The notes under the pieces are model-generated. The model searched no databases, was not told where the DNA came from, and saw nothing but the letters and a program-made list of their open reading frames with translations. 14,828 nt of DNA from contig JAGWLG010000050.1 of the NCBI GenBank assembly GCA_028864975.1, positions 1 through 14,828 of the forward strand, read 5' to 3'. The position numbers and the translations under genes were made by a program. The number at the start of each line of letters is the position of its first letter. Within the stretch, counting starts at the first letter, position 1. Positions 1 to 6,796 of the stretch are shown piece after piece. Source of the stretch: Thermoplasmata archaeon. Lineage in GTDB: Archaea > Thermoplasmatota > Thermoplasmata > Lutacidiplasmatales > UBA184.

Positions 1-722
1 GCGGAGACCCACGCCACCTCCTTTTCGACGGTACGTGAGGAGAGGCCTCCACGGTAGCACCCGCGACGGAATCCCTCGAGCAGCTTGCGGTTCCGCCGAC
101 GGATGTGGGGAAGGCGCTCCGAGGGTTCGGCCGCCCCGGTCCGACGGGGGAGCGAGGTGATGAGCCCATCCCGCGAGAGGGCCTTCTCGTAGTCCTCCAG
201 GAACGTTCGACGGATCCCGGGCCCGAAGGAGAAGTTGAAGGTGCTGAGGAGACCGTCGTAGGCGATCCTTCCTTCGAACGGGAGGAGCACGCCCTCCACG
301 GCCCTGGGAAGGTAAGGCCCTACCACTTCGTCGAACGGGCTGAGGAGGGGGTGGACGGCGTAGACGCCGCGGTTCTCCTCGTCGCCGCCCAGGAACACCG
401 AGTGGTCCTTCTTGTGCCGCACGATGATGAACTTCCCCTTGACCCGGTGCTTCCAGGAGAGCACCAGCGCGCGGTCCGCCTCCGAGAGGCCATCCCGGTG
501 CGATCCGACGAACCGTTCAAGGAGCTCAGGACGCGACCACAGGAGGTCGCGGACCGGTACGACGTCCTCCATCGGCAAGTACTCTCCATGAAGGAAGTCG
601 ACCGTGGATCGGAGATCCTCCGAACGGCTCACGAACTGGAGCAGAGGCCTCCAGATCGAATAGAACCGGTCGCTTTGCGTTCCAGGGGCGGGAAGGGAGG
701 CTGCGGGCACGAGGAAGGACAT
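1..722 (-). CDS. Conserved hypothetical protein, 3'-partial (runs off the left edge); C-terminal part may be an integrase-N/SAM-like helical domain
   Basis: Hand translation from ATG at 722 (in-frame TAA at 744-746 upstream) gives 240 open codons: MSFLVPAASLPAPGTQSDRFYSIWRPLLQFV...LLWSRPELLERFV...LVLSWKHRVKGKFIIVRHKKDHSVFL...VYAVHPLLSPFDEVV..YLPRAVEGVLLPFEGRIAYDGLL..FNFSFGPGIRR...NRKLLEGFRRGCYRGGLSSRTVEKEVAWVS. Composition is globular and protein-like, unlike the +105..740 mirror ORF. Confidence 0.8.
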   Translation of the reverse strand, partial: MSFLVPAASLPAPGTQSDRFYSIWRPLLQFVSRSEDLRSTVDFLHGEYLPMEDVVPVRDLLWSRPELLERFVGSHRDGLSEADRALVLSWKHRVKGKFIIVRHKKDHSVFLGGDEENRGVYAVHPLLSPFDEVVGPYLPRAVEGVLLPFEGRIAYDGLLSTFNFSFGPGIRRTFLEDYEKALSRDGLITSLPRRTGAAEPSERLPHIRRRNRKLLEGFRRGCYRGGLSSRTVEKEVAWVS

Positions 723-917
723 CAGGGCGAGGGCGAGTAAGGATTACGGGTCCGCTCTGCGAGGTCTCCAACCCATTCCTCTTGGATGGGGCCGGGCCCT
801 TCCCCAGGACCTTCCACCGCCGAGCGAGGGCGAGGGTTTGCCGGACACGGTCGCCGTGACGTTCCCCCGGACGCGTCCGAGGGATTCGACGGAGCCTCGG
901 ATGGCGGGACAGGTCCT

Positions 918-1292
918 TCAGAACCCAGCGCGGACCTTGTGGCGGTCGATCTTGATCCCCGAAGGGGTGATCGCGAGGAGGTTCTTCCCAATCCCCGCCA
1001 CGTCGCCGCCGGTGTCGCGGATGACGTTCTTCAATTCCGCGTTCATCCGGTTCAGGGTCACCTGGTCGTTGGCGATCGACGTGTAGTCCAAGAGGACCAC
1101 GTCCCCGCCGTAGCAGTACTTCGTGATGGTCTGCAGGTCCTCGAACCGGAAGATCTCCGCGCAGCGGATGGTGCTCTTCGCGTTCGCGAGCGCGGCCTGC
1201 TCGTCCTCCCAGTGCATGGCCCCCAGGTCCAGGACCTGGGTCTCTTCCAGCGTCTCGTCGTCGTGCTTCTTGAGGAGGCTGATCTTCGACAT
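918..1292 (-). CDS. sepF: Cell division protein SepF (archaeal type, FtsZ membrane anchor)
   Basis: 124 aa with LDL in the N-terminal region, then IRCAEIFRFEDLQTITKYCYGGDVVLLDYTSI...LKNVIRDTGGDVAGIGKNLLAITPSGIKIDR, which fits the archaeal SepF pattern (G.ivi.D...GGDiag.g...i..TP..vki.R). Confidence 0.85.
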   Translation of the reverse strand: MSKISLLKKHDDETLEETQVLDLGAMHWEDEQAALANAKSTIRCAEIFRFEDLQTITKYCYGGDVVLLDYTSIANDQVTLNRMNAELKNVIRDTGGDVAGIGKNLLAITPSGIKIDRHKVRAGF

Positions 1293-1327
1293 CGGCGGTT
1301 CCCTACCGAGAGCGATTGACGGTGCGG

Positions 1328-1345
1328 TTAAAATACTAACCTTTC
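1328..1345 (-). promoter_or_regulatory. Putative BRE/TATA promoter of sepF overlapping the nmd3 stop codon
   Basis: Minus strand reads CGAAAGGTTAGTATTTTAACC. This AT-rich island (TATTTTAA, 1335-1328) lies 36-43 nt upstream of the sepF ATG, preceded by a BRE-like CGAAA, in otherwise very GC-rich DNA. Confidence 0.55.
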
Positions 1346-2472
1346 GAGTTGCGGCGGTCCTCTCGGCCCCGGCCGCCCCCGTGGGGGGCCCACCAGGCTT
1401 CCTTTTCCCCGAGGACGAGGGGATAGCGCGAGGGCTCCCGGCCTTCCTGGACTCCCTCTTCCGGCGAGGGGGGAGGGGGGAGCACGCCGTGAAGCGGGAG
1501 CGACTCTCCCGAGGTCGGGTCGCGCGCGAACGGTGGCCCCTGCGCGGGAAAGACCAGGGGCAAGGGCTGCCGTCCCCGGGGACCGGAGACCAGACGCATC
1601 CGGGCCACCTCCGCGCGCTCGAGCTTGCGATGCCCGCCCTCCTGCACGTCCACGAGATCGATGGTCCCCTTGCTCCCGACCGAGGAGACCTCCCAGAGAT
1701 GCCCCGCGTCCTCCAGATGGTCGCCCACCGCGACCGGGGGAAGTCGAAGGAGGAAGGTCAGCCGATGCACCTCCCGCCCGTTCTTCATCCCCCACAGCGA
1801 GGCGGTCTCCTTGGCGGAGGCCCCGACACGTTCCTTGAAGGAACGGGCCACCGCGCGGGCGGCGGCTGTGTCGGCGAAGAAGATGTCCCAGCCCTCCTTG
1901 AGCTCCTCCTCCCGGCTCACGGCCTCGCGCTGCTTCTCGGAGCACGCGCGGAGGTGGGCTTGCCAGAGCTCGTAGGCCCAGGACTTGAACTCGCGCAGGT
2001 CGCGAGGCGAACCCTCCTCCGCTGCGCGAAGCTGGATGCGGGCCGTGAAGTAGCGACCCCCTCGACGGCTGCAGTCGGGGCAACTGTGGAGGATGATGTG
2101 CACCTCGGTCCGTGCGGGGACCTCGACCTCCTGCCCCTCGACCTCCACGACGACCTTCGCTTCGACCTCCCGTAGACGGGGATTGTGGCCGCTCACCTCC
2201 CAGGAGACCCGCCGCAAGCGGGCGGGCTGTGTCACCGAGAGGCTGCGCTCAAGGTCCGAGCGGCGGACCTCCTCGGGCCGGTCGGAGCGTACCTTCTCCC
2301 AGTGGTTCCCGACCTGCCGGGACCCGCAGGTCGAACAGAGGACGACATCGATGTACGGAGGCAGGACAACGAGCGGCGTCCGTGCGGTGAAGCAACTCAG
2401 GCAGAGCGCGCCCAGGAACGGAGGTGAGGTGGCCCCGCACTGAACGCAGAACGTTGCGCCTTCCTCTTCCAC
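1336..2472 (-). CDS. nmd3: NMD3 family protein (large ribosomal subunit maturation factor, Zn-binding)
   Basis: Four CxxC pairs (CVQC, CLSC, CSTC, CPDC) and the motifs FC..CG, LC..C, C..CG.....W and CPDCSR..G.YF.A.IQLR typical of NMD3. GTG start with an SD-like motif upstream. Confidence 0.9.
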   Translation of the reverse strand: MEEEGATFCVQCGATSPPFLGALCLSCFTARTPLVVLPPYIDVVLCSTCGSRQVGNHWEKVRSDRPEEVRRSDLERSLSVTQPARLRRVSWEVSGHNPRLREVEAKVVVEVEGQEVEVPARTEVHIILHSCPDCSRRGGRYFTARIQLRAAEEGSPRDLREFKSWAYELWQAHLRACSEKQREAVSREEELKEGWDIFFADTAAARAVARSFKERVGASAKETASLWGMKNGREVHRLTFLLRLPPVAVGDHLEDAGHLWEVSSVGSKGTIDLVDVQEGGHRKLERAEVARMRLVSGPRGRQPLPLVFPAQGPPFARDPTSGESLPLHGVLPPPPSPEEGVQEGREPSRYPLVLGEKEAWWAPHGGGRGREDRRNSKG

Positions 2473-2476
2473 AGGC

Positions 2477-2481
2477 CCTCC
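2477..2481 (-). promoter_or_regulatory. Shine-Dalgarno motif for nmd3
   Basis: Minus strand GGAGG-GCCT-GTG directly before the GTG start at 2472. Confidence 0.5.
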
Positions 2482-2533
2482 GGTGGCGGACGCGATGGTC
2501 GGCGCCCGCGCTCTCAGGACGGAAGGGAGAGGG

Positions 2534-3292
2534 CTACTTGCCCTTCTTGGCCGGAGCGGCGGCCTTCCCGCCCGCCTCGGCCTTCGCGGGCTCGGCCTTC
2601 TTTCCCGCCGCCTCGCCCTTCTTGCCGCCGGCCTCTTCCTTCTCCTTCTTCCCGCCGGCGCCCTCTTCCTTCTTCTCGCCCTCGGCCGCAGCCCCCTCGG
2701 CGGCCGCTCCTTCGACGGGTGCGGCCTCCTCCTTCTTCTTCTCCTCGATGAGGGGCGCGATGGCCGCGTAGCGCGTCTCTTCGACCAGGCCCGCGTGCTC
2801 GATGACCTCGACGCGCGTGGGGGTGGGCAGCTTGCATGCGGCCTTCCTCAGGGCCTCCTTGGCCTCCGGGATGTTCTCGGAACGGCAGGAGAGCGTGATG
2901 AGCGGCTCGTTGATCTGCGCGCGCACGGCGTGGCCCACGGGCTTGCCGAAAGCTCCGCGCATTCCGTCCGAGATACGGTCCGCGCCGGCCCCCGTGGCCA
3001 TCTTGTGTTCGCGCAGGATCGCGTGGGGATAGCGTCGGACCTTGATGTGGAAGTTGTTCGAAGCGGCCTTGTCCATCACCCGGACGATGGAGACCCGGGC
3101 GGCCTCGAGCGCACGGTCCTGGACGTTGCAGGCCTCCTCGGCTCGGAGCGTGAACTGGTACTTGTACCGCTGGTGGGGGTTCCCCGTGTCGAACTGCGTG
3201 ATCCGACAGTGAGGGATGCCTCCCATGTACTCGGTCCGGGTGTAGATCTGTCCCTCGATCTCCCGGTACATCCGGTTCGGCTTGCGGGTCAT
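2534..3292 (-). CDS. rpl10e: 50S ribosomal protein uL16 (L10e) with a C-terminal low-complexity extension
   Basis: RKPNRMYR...YTRTEYMGGIP..RITQFDTG; ALEAAR; YPHAILREHKMATGAGADRISDGMRGAFGKPVG; ALRKAACKLP are diagnostic of archaeal uL16. Confidence 0.97.
   Translation of the reverse strand: MTRKPNRMYREIEGQIYTRTEYMGGIPHCRITQFDTGNPHQRYKYQFTLRAEEACNVQDRALEAARVSIVRVMDKAASNNFHIKVRRYPHAILREHKMATGAGADRISDGMRGAFGKPVGHAVRAQINEPLITLSCRSENIPEAKEALRKAACKLPTPTRVEVIEHAGLVEETRYAAIAPLIEEKKKEEAAPVEGAAAEGAAAEGEKKEEGAGGKKEKEEAGGKKGEAAGKKAEPAKAEAGGKAAAPAKKGK
2537..2746 (-). repeat. Low-complexity K/E/A/G coding tail with short repeats (GAAAE x2, GKK x3)
   Basis: EEKKKEEAAPVEGAAAEGAAAEGEKKEEGAGGKKEKEEAGGKKGEAAGKKAEPAKAEAGGKAAAPAKKGK at the end of uL16. 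Confidence 0.8.
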
Positions 3293-3348
3293 GGGCGAAT
3301 CCCCCAGAGGGGGCCCTTCTTGAGGATTACCTCTCGTTCGAGGGCGCC

Positions 3349-4293
3349 CTAGGGGGGGTGCAGGGTAAGGGGAGCGGCCCCCCGCGAGCCCACGTGCACC
3401 CTCCAGGGCGTGAGGTGCGCCCTGCGGAGCGTGGATAGGAGCCGCATCTCGGCCTCCTCATCGGGGGCCCATGTCAACAGCGTGTTCCCCAGCATCGCTT
3501 GGGCCGCGCGACACCCCTGTTCCCGCAACGACGCGATGACCACCCGCAACGCCGAGGGAGCGAGACCAAGATCATCGGTGAAGCGCTCGAAGACCTGCAG
3601 GGCGTCGTCCCATCGGAGCGGCGGGGAGCCTAGGGTGCGTACCCAGCGCTGCGCGGCCGAGCTCACGCGTTCCAGGAACGCCGGGTCGGAGAGCAGTGGA
3701 GGGGAGGGGAGCGAGGCTCCCGTGGTCGCCAGGAAGAACCCGAGCTGGAACATCGTCCGCTCGATGTGGCCGTGAGGAGGGAGCCCGGCGGTCCTGCGGA
3801 CCTCCAGCCCCCCGCCAAGGATGGCGGGGACCCCGCCTAGGCCTCCGTGCAGCTCGATCTCCGCCCGGTGGGCCGCGGCGTGGGCCGCCTCTGGGGGAAG
3901 CCCCATCGCGGTCGCGGCGGCGAGCGCAGACGCGAGGGAGCCCGCCGCGCTCATGCTTAGCCCTTGGGCGATGGGGAGCTCGTGCACCAGTTCCACCCGG
4001 ACAAGGTGGTCCTTGGCCCCGGGAAGGTTCGCCACGGCCCGCTCGGTGATCGGCAGGGAGGCGGGGCGCCCTCGGTCGGAGACCTCGACCCGGCCGGTCC
4101 CGGGGGCGACCGGCCACACGTGGGCACGCGCCCTTGCCCCCAGATCTAGTACGACACCTGCCCCAAGGGATCCCCGAGCGAGGGGGTCCGAGGGGGCGAG
4201 CACCGGTTCGAAGATCCCGGTGACGTGGCCAGGGGCGAAGGCGGCGGCCCACGAGCCCGATGGAGGGACCGGTGGGGGCATCCGCCTGTTCAA
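3349..4293 (-). CDS. pok: Pantoate kinase-like GHMP kinase (archaeal CoA biosynthesis); ATG at 4281 is an alternative start to TTG 4293
   Basis: AFAPGHVTGIF..V, GSLGAGV.L, GHMP ATP loop LPIAQGLSMSAAGSL, AH.AE...GGLG, GGGLEVR..AG.P and AQAMLGNTL match the PoK family. The usual GLGDV reads GLGGV here. Confidence 0.8.
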   Translation of the reverse strand: MNRRMPPPVPPSGSWAAAFAPGHVTGIFEPVLAPSDPLARGSLGAGVVLDLGARARAHVWPVAPGTGRVEVSDRGRPASLPITERAVANLPGAKDHLVRVELVHELPIAQGLSMSAAGSLASALAAATAMGLPPEAAHAAAHRAEIELHGGLGGVPAILGGGLEVRRTAGLPPHGHIERTMFQLGFFLATTGASLPSPPLLSDPAFLERVSSAAQRWVRTLGSPPLRWDDALQVFERFTDDLGLAPSALRVVIASLREQGCRAAQAMLGNTLLTWAPDEEAEMRLLSTLRRAHLTPWRVHVGSRGAAPLTLHPP

Positions 4294-4410
4294 GAGCCAT
4301 CCCTAAAGAAGAACCGGCGTGCCGACGGCCCTAGCCGGGAAGCGCCGTGGGGGACCGATCGGAAAGCTGGGCACCCGAGTTGAGGACACGCTGAAATATT
4401 TCTAAACCGC

Positions 4411-4417
4411 TTTATAA
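4411..4417 (+). promoter_or_regulatory. TATA box of the pan promoter
   Basis: TTTATAA within the AT-rich stretch AAATATTTCTAAACCGCTTTATAAC, 65-71 nt upstream of the pan ATG, in a divergent intergenic region. Confidence 0.7.
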
Positions 4418-4481
4418 CGCGGGGGCTCTTCTATCGTCAGTAGGTTGTCCGACCGGCAGCCGAAGGGGAAACCGTTCTTCC

Positions 4482-5690
4482 ATGGCCGAGAATGAAGCGG
4501 CTCCCTCCGGCCGCGAGGAGACCTACGACCGGCTGAACTTCCTAGAGCTTCGGAACAACCAGCTCGCGGAAGCGATCAAGCGCGTCGAGAGCGAGCGCCA
4601 CTACATGGAGGCGGAGATCCTCCGCCTGCAGCGTGAGGTCAAGCGGCTCAAGACCGAGCTGGACCGCCTGCGCTATCCTCCGCTCATCGTCGGGACCGTC
4701 CGCGACGTGCTGACGGACGGACGGCTCGTCGTGAAGAGCTCGACGGGACCCGACTTCGTCGTGAACGCGGCGGAGACCGTCGAGCACGAGAAGATCTCGG
4801 TGGGGAGCCGCGTCGCGCTCAACAAGCAGACCCTGGCGGTGATGGGGGTCCTTCCGGCTTCCCTCGATCCCCTGGTGACCGCGAGCGAGATCGTTTCGCG
4901 TCCTGGGATCTCCTACGAGGACATCGGTGGACTTGGCGACCAGATCCGGGAGATCCGCGAGGCCGTGGAGTACCCGCTCCTGCGCGGCGAGCTCTACCGT
5001 AAAGTCGGGGTCGAGCCTCCGAAGGGGGTCCTGCTGATCGGGCCCCCCGGAACGGGGAAGACCATGATCGCGAAGGCGGTCGCCCACCACACTCATGCCA
5101 CGTTCATCCGGCTCGTGGGGAGCGAGCTGGTCCAGAAGTACATCGGCGAGGGAGCGCGCCTGGTCCGCGAGCTCTTCCAGTTGGCCCGCGAGAAGGCCCC
5201 GACGATCATCTTCATCGACGAGATCGACTCCATCGGCGCGAAGCGCCTGGAGGTCGCGACCTCGGGGGACCGCGAGGTCCAGAGGACCTTGATGCAGCTC
5301 CTCGCTGAGATGGATGGGTTCGAGCCCCTCTCCAATGTCAAGATCACCGCGGCGACGAACCGCCCCGACATCCTCGACGAGGCGCTGCTGCGCCCCGGCC
5401 GGTTCGACCGGATCGTGGAGATCCCGGTCCCCTCGTTCCAGGGGCGCGTCGAGATCTTCAAGATCCATTCCCGTGGGATGAGCCTGAAGGACGCCATCGA
5501 CTGGGAGGCGCTCGCCGCCCGGTGCGACGGGTCGACCGGCGCCGACATCAAGTCGATATGCACGGAGGCCGGGATGTGGGCCATCCGGGAGGAGCGCGAC
5601 GCGGTCAACATGTCGGACTTCGAGCGCGCCATCGAGAAGGTCATCGGCGAGGAAGACACCGGTAAAGAGACCGTCGGCATGTTCGCCTGA
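4482..5690 (+). CDS. pan: Proteasome-activating nucleotidase (AAA+ ATPase PAN)
   Basis: N-terminal coiled coil, OB domain (PPLIVGTV...VVKSSTGP.FVV), Walker A GPPGTGKT, pore loop ELVQKYIGEG, Walker B IIFIDEID, SRH AATNRPDILDEALLRPGRFDR, C-terminal GMFA. Confidence 0.97.
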   Translation: MAENEAAPSGREETYDRLNFLELRNNQLAEAIKRVESERHYMEAEILRLQREVKRLKTELDRLRYPPLIVGTVRDVLTDGRLVVKSSTGPDFVVNAAETVEHEKISVGSRVALNKQTLAVMGVLPASLDPLVTASEIVSRPGISYEDIGGLGDQIREIREAVEYPLLRGELYRKVGVEPPKGVLLIGPPGTGKTMIAKAVAHHTHATFIRLVGSELVQKYIGEGARLVRELFQLAREKAPTIIFIDEIDSIGAKRLEVATSGDREVQRTLMQLLAEMDGFEPLSNVKITAATNRPDILDEALLRPGRFDRIVEIPVPSFQGRVEIFKIHSRGMSLKDAIDWEALAARCDGSTGADIKSICTEAGMWAIREERDAVNMSDFERAIEKVIGEEDTGKETVGMFA

Positions 5691-5749
5691 GGTGGACGGT
5701 ACTTCCGCCGTTCCTCCGCGGGCGTCGAGCGCGGCTCGGGTCGCGGTCG

Positions 5750-6796
5750 CTACGGGCGCGAAGGCGCTCCGAGCATCCGGTCGTACCGGTGGTTGACGGG
5801 CGTCACGAGCCCGGTGAGGGGGGTCCGGAAGACCTCGATCCCCTTCAGGAAGGACTCCAGCGTCGCGGAGACCGAGGCCCGGGGGACTCCCGGCTTCTCG
5901 GGCGCGGGACCCGCGGCGGCGAGAGAGCCTAGCAGGAGTCGCCGTCCATCGCACGCGAACAGGAAAGGGCTCAACCGGCAGCCGTCGACCAGCGCGTGGA
6001 GGAGCGCGAGAGGCTCGCTCTTGGGGAGAAGCTCGCCCTGGACGAAGGCCAGGTTCTCGACCTTCCATCCCCCCATCTGAAGGAGCTTCTGCGGGTCGAG
6101 GAACACCCGCCGCTGGACCCATCCGCGCTCCATCGCTCTGCGCTGCGAACGGGGGACGAAGAAAGGGGCCGCATGCACCGCGCTCCGCCCCTGCGCCTCG
6201 AGCTCGAAGGGGCGACGCACGAGCCCAGCGAGCGTGGAGCGGGCGCCGGGTGAGATCTGCGCCGCTTCGTCACCTTCGGATCTCACGCTCGACCTCCATC
6301 CGTGAGGGTAGGCGAGGGACCCGGTCAGTCCAGCCCAACGCCCCCAGGACCCCTCGAAGTCGAAGTAGACCGGGAGCCCTGAACTGCGGCTATCGACGGT
6401 GAGGGCTGAGTGCCTGCGGAGCGCGCTGACGTCCGAAACCTCCTGGACTCCCGGGACCCTGACGTTCGTCTCTGAGGTCGCCAGGACCACGAAGACGTAC
6501 TGGGGACCCTTCCAGAAGTGCACCACGCGGGGGTCGGCGCCCCACGACTCGATCACGGCGCTGAAGCGCTCGACGAACGGCTCGCCGAGGACGAACGTCA
6601 GGAACGGACGCGAGACCATGACGGGGTCGGGCAGGTAACGGTCGACGATCCATCCCTCCTCGTAGGCCCTCGACCGGATGCCTCGGAAGGTGCGGGGGGG
6701 GATGCCGGACTCCTGGATCCGCTCCCGCTCCGAGGAGGGAAGGGCGGCCAGCATGGCCCGCACCACCGACGCCTCCCCCGCGGTGAGGTTGCGCAA
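5750..6796 (-). CDS. Putative transcriptional regulator, Lrp/AsnC-like winged HTH with internal duplication (paralog 1); start revised to TTG 6796 (ORF track extends to ATG 6868)
   Basis: LTAGEASVVRAML...S.RERIQESGIPPRTFRGIRSRAYEEGWIVDRYLPDP resembles the Lrp/AsnC N-terminus (LD..D..IL..L.....S..ELA..vGlS..TV..RikrLee.GvI.gy.a.iDp). A second GWV.RRVFLDP motif occurs mid-protein. Aligns along its full length with 11708..12748. Confidence 0.7.
   Translation of the reverse strand: MRNLTAGEASVVRAMLAALPSSERERIQESGIPPRTFRGIRSRAYEEGWIVDRYLPDPVMVSRPFLTFVLGEPFVERFSAVIESWGADPRVVHFWKGPQYVFVVLATSETNVRVPGVQEVSDVSALRRHSALTVDSRSSGLPVYFDFEGSWGRWAGLTGSLAYPHGWRSSVRSEGDEAAQISPGARSTLAGLVRRPFELEAQGRSAVHAAPFFVPRSQRRAMERGWVQRRVFLDPQKLLQMGGWKVENLAFVQGELLPKSEPLALLHALVDGCRLSPFLFACDGRRLLLGSLAAAGPAPEKPGVPRASVSATLESFLKGIEVFRTPLTGLVTPVNHRYDRMLGAPSRP

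Noticed and set aside
105-740. 211-aa plus-strand ORF
   Set aside because: It is the mirror frame of the real minus-strand gene ending at 722 and has no recognisable motifs.
740-790. AGGATTAC 8-mer shared with 3323-3330 upstream of rpl10e, and a hairpin at 772-790
   Set aside because: Distances to the start codons differ (18-25 vs 31-38 nt), there are only two instances, and the hairpin is short with no U-tract; compatible with chance.
722-991. 89-aa minus ORF whose TGA overlaps the ATG at 722 (apparent translational coupling)
   Set aside because: It overlaps sepF in another frame and has S/P/G/R-rich composition typical of non-coding GC-rich frames.
1123-3352. Long plus-strand ORFs 1123..2175 and 2483..3352
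   Set aside because: Antisense shadows of nmd3 and rpl10e caused by high GC3.
5691-5749. Possible terminator between convergent pan and regulator 1 (CGAGC-gcg-GCTCG)
   Set aside because: 5-bp stem, 3-nt loop and no T-rich tract on either strand; not supportable.
4542-6122. 526-aa minus-strand ORF
   Set aside because: Antisense shadow of pan that also overlaps regulator 1 in another frame.
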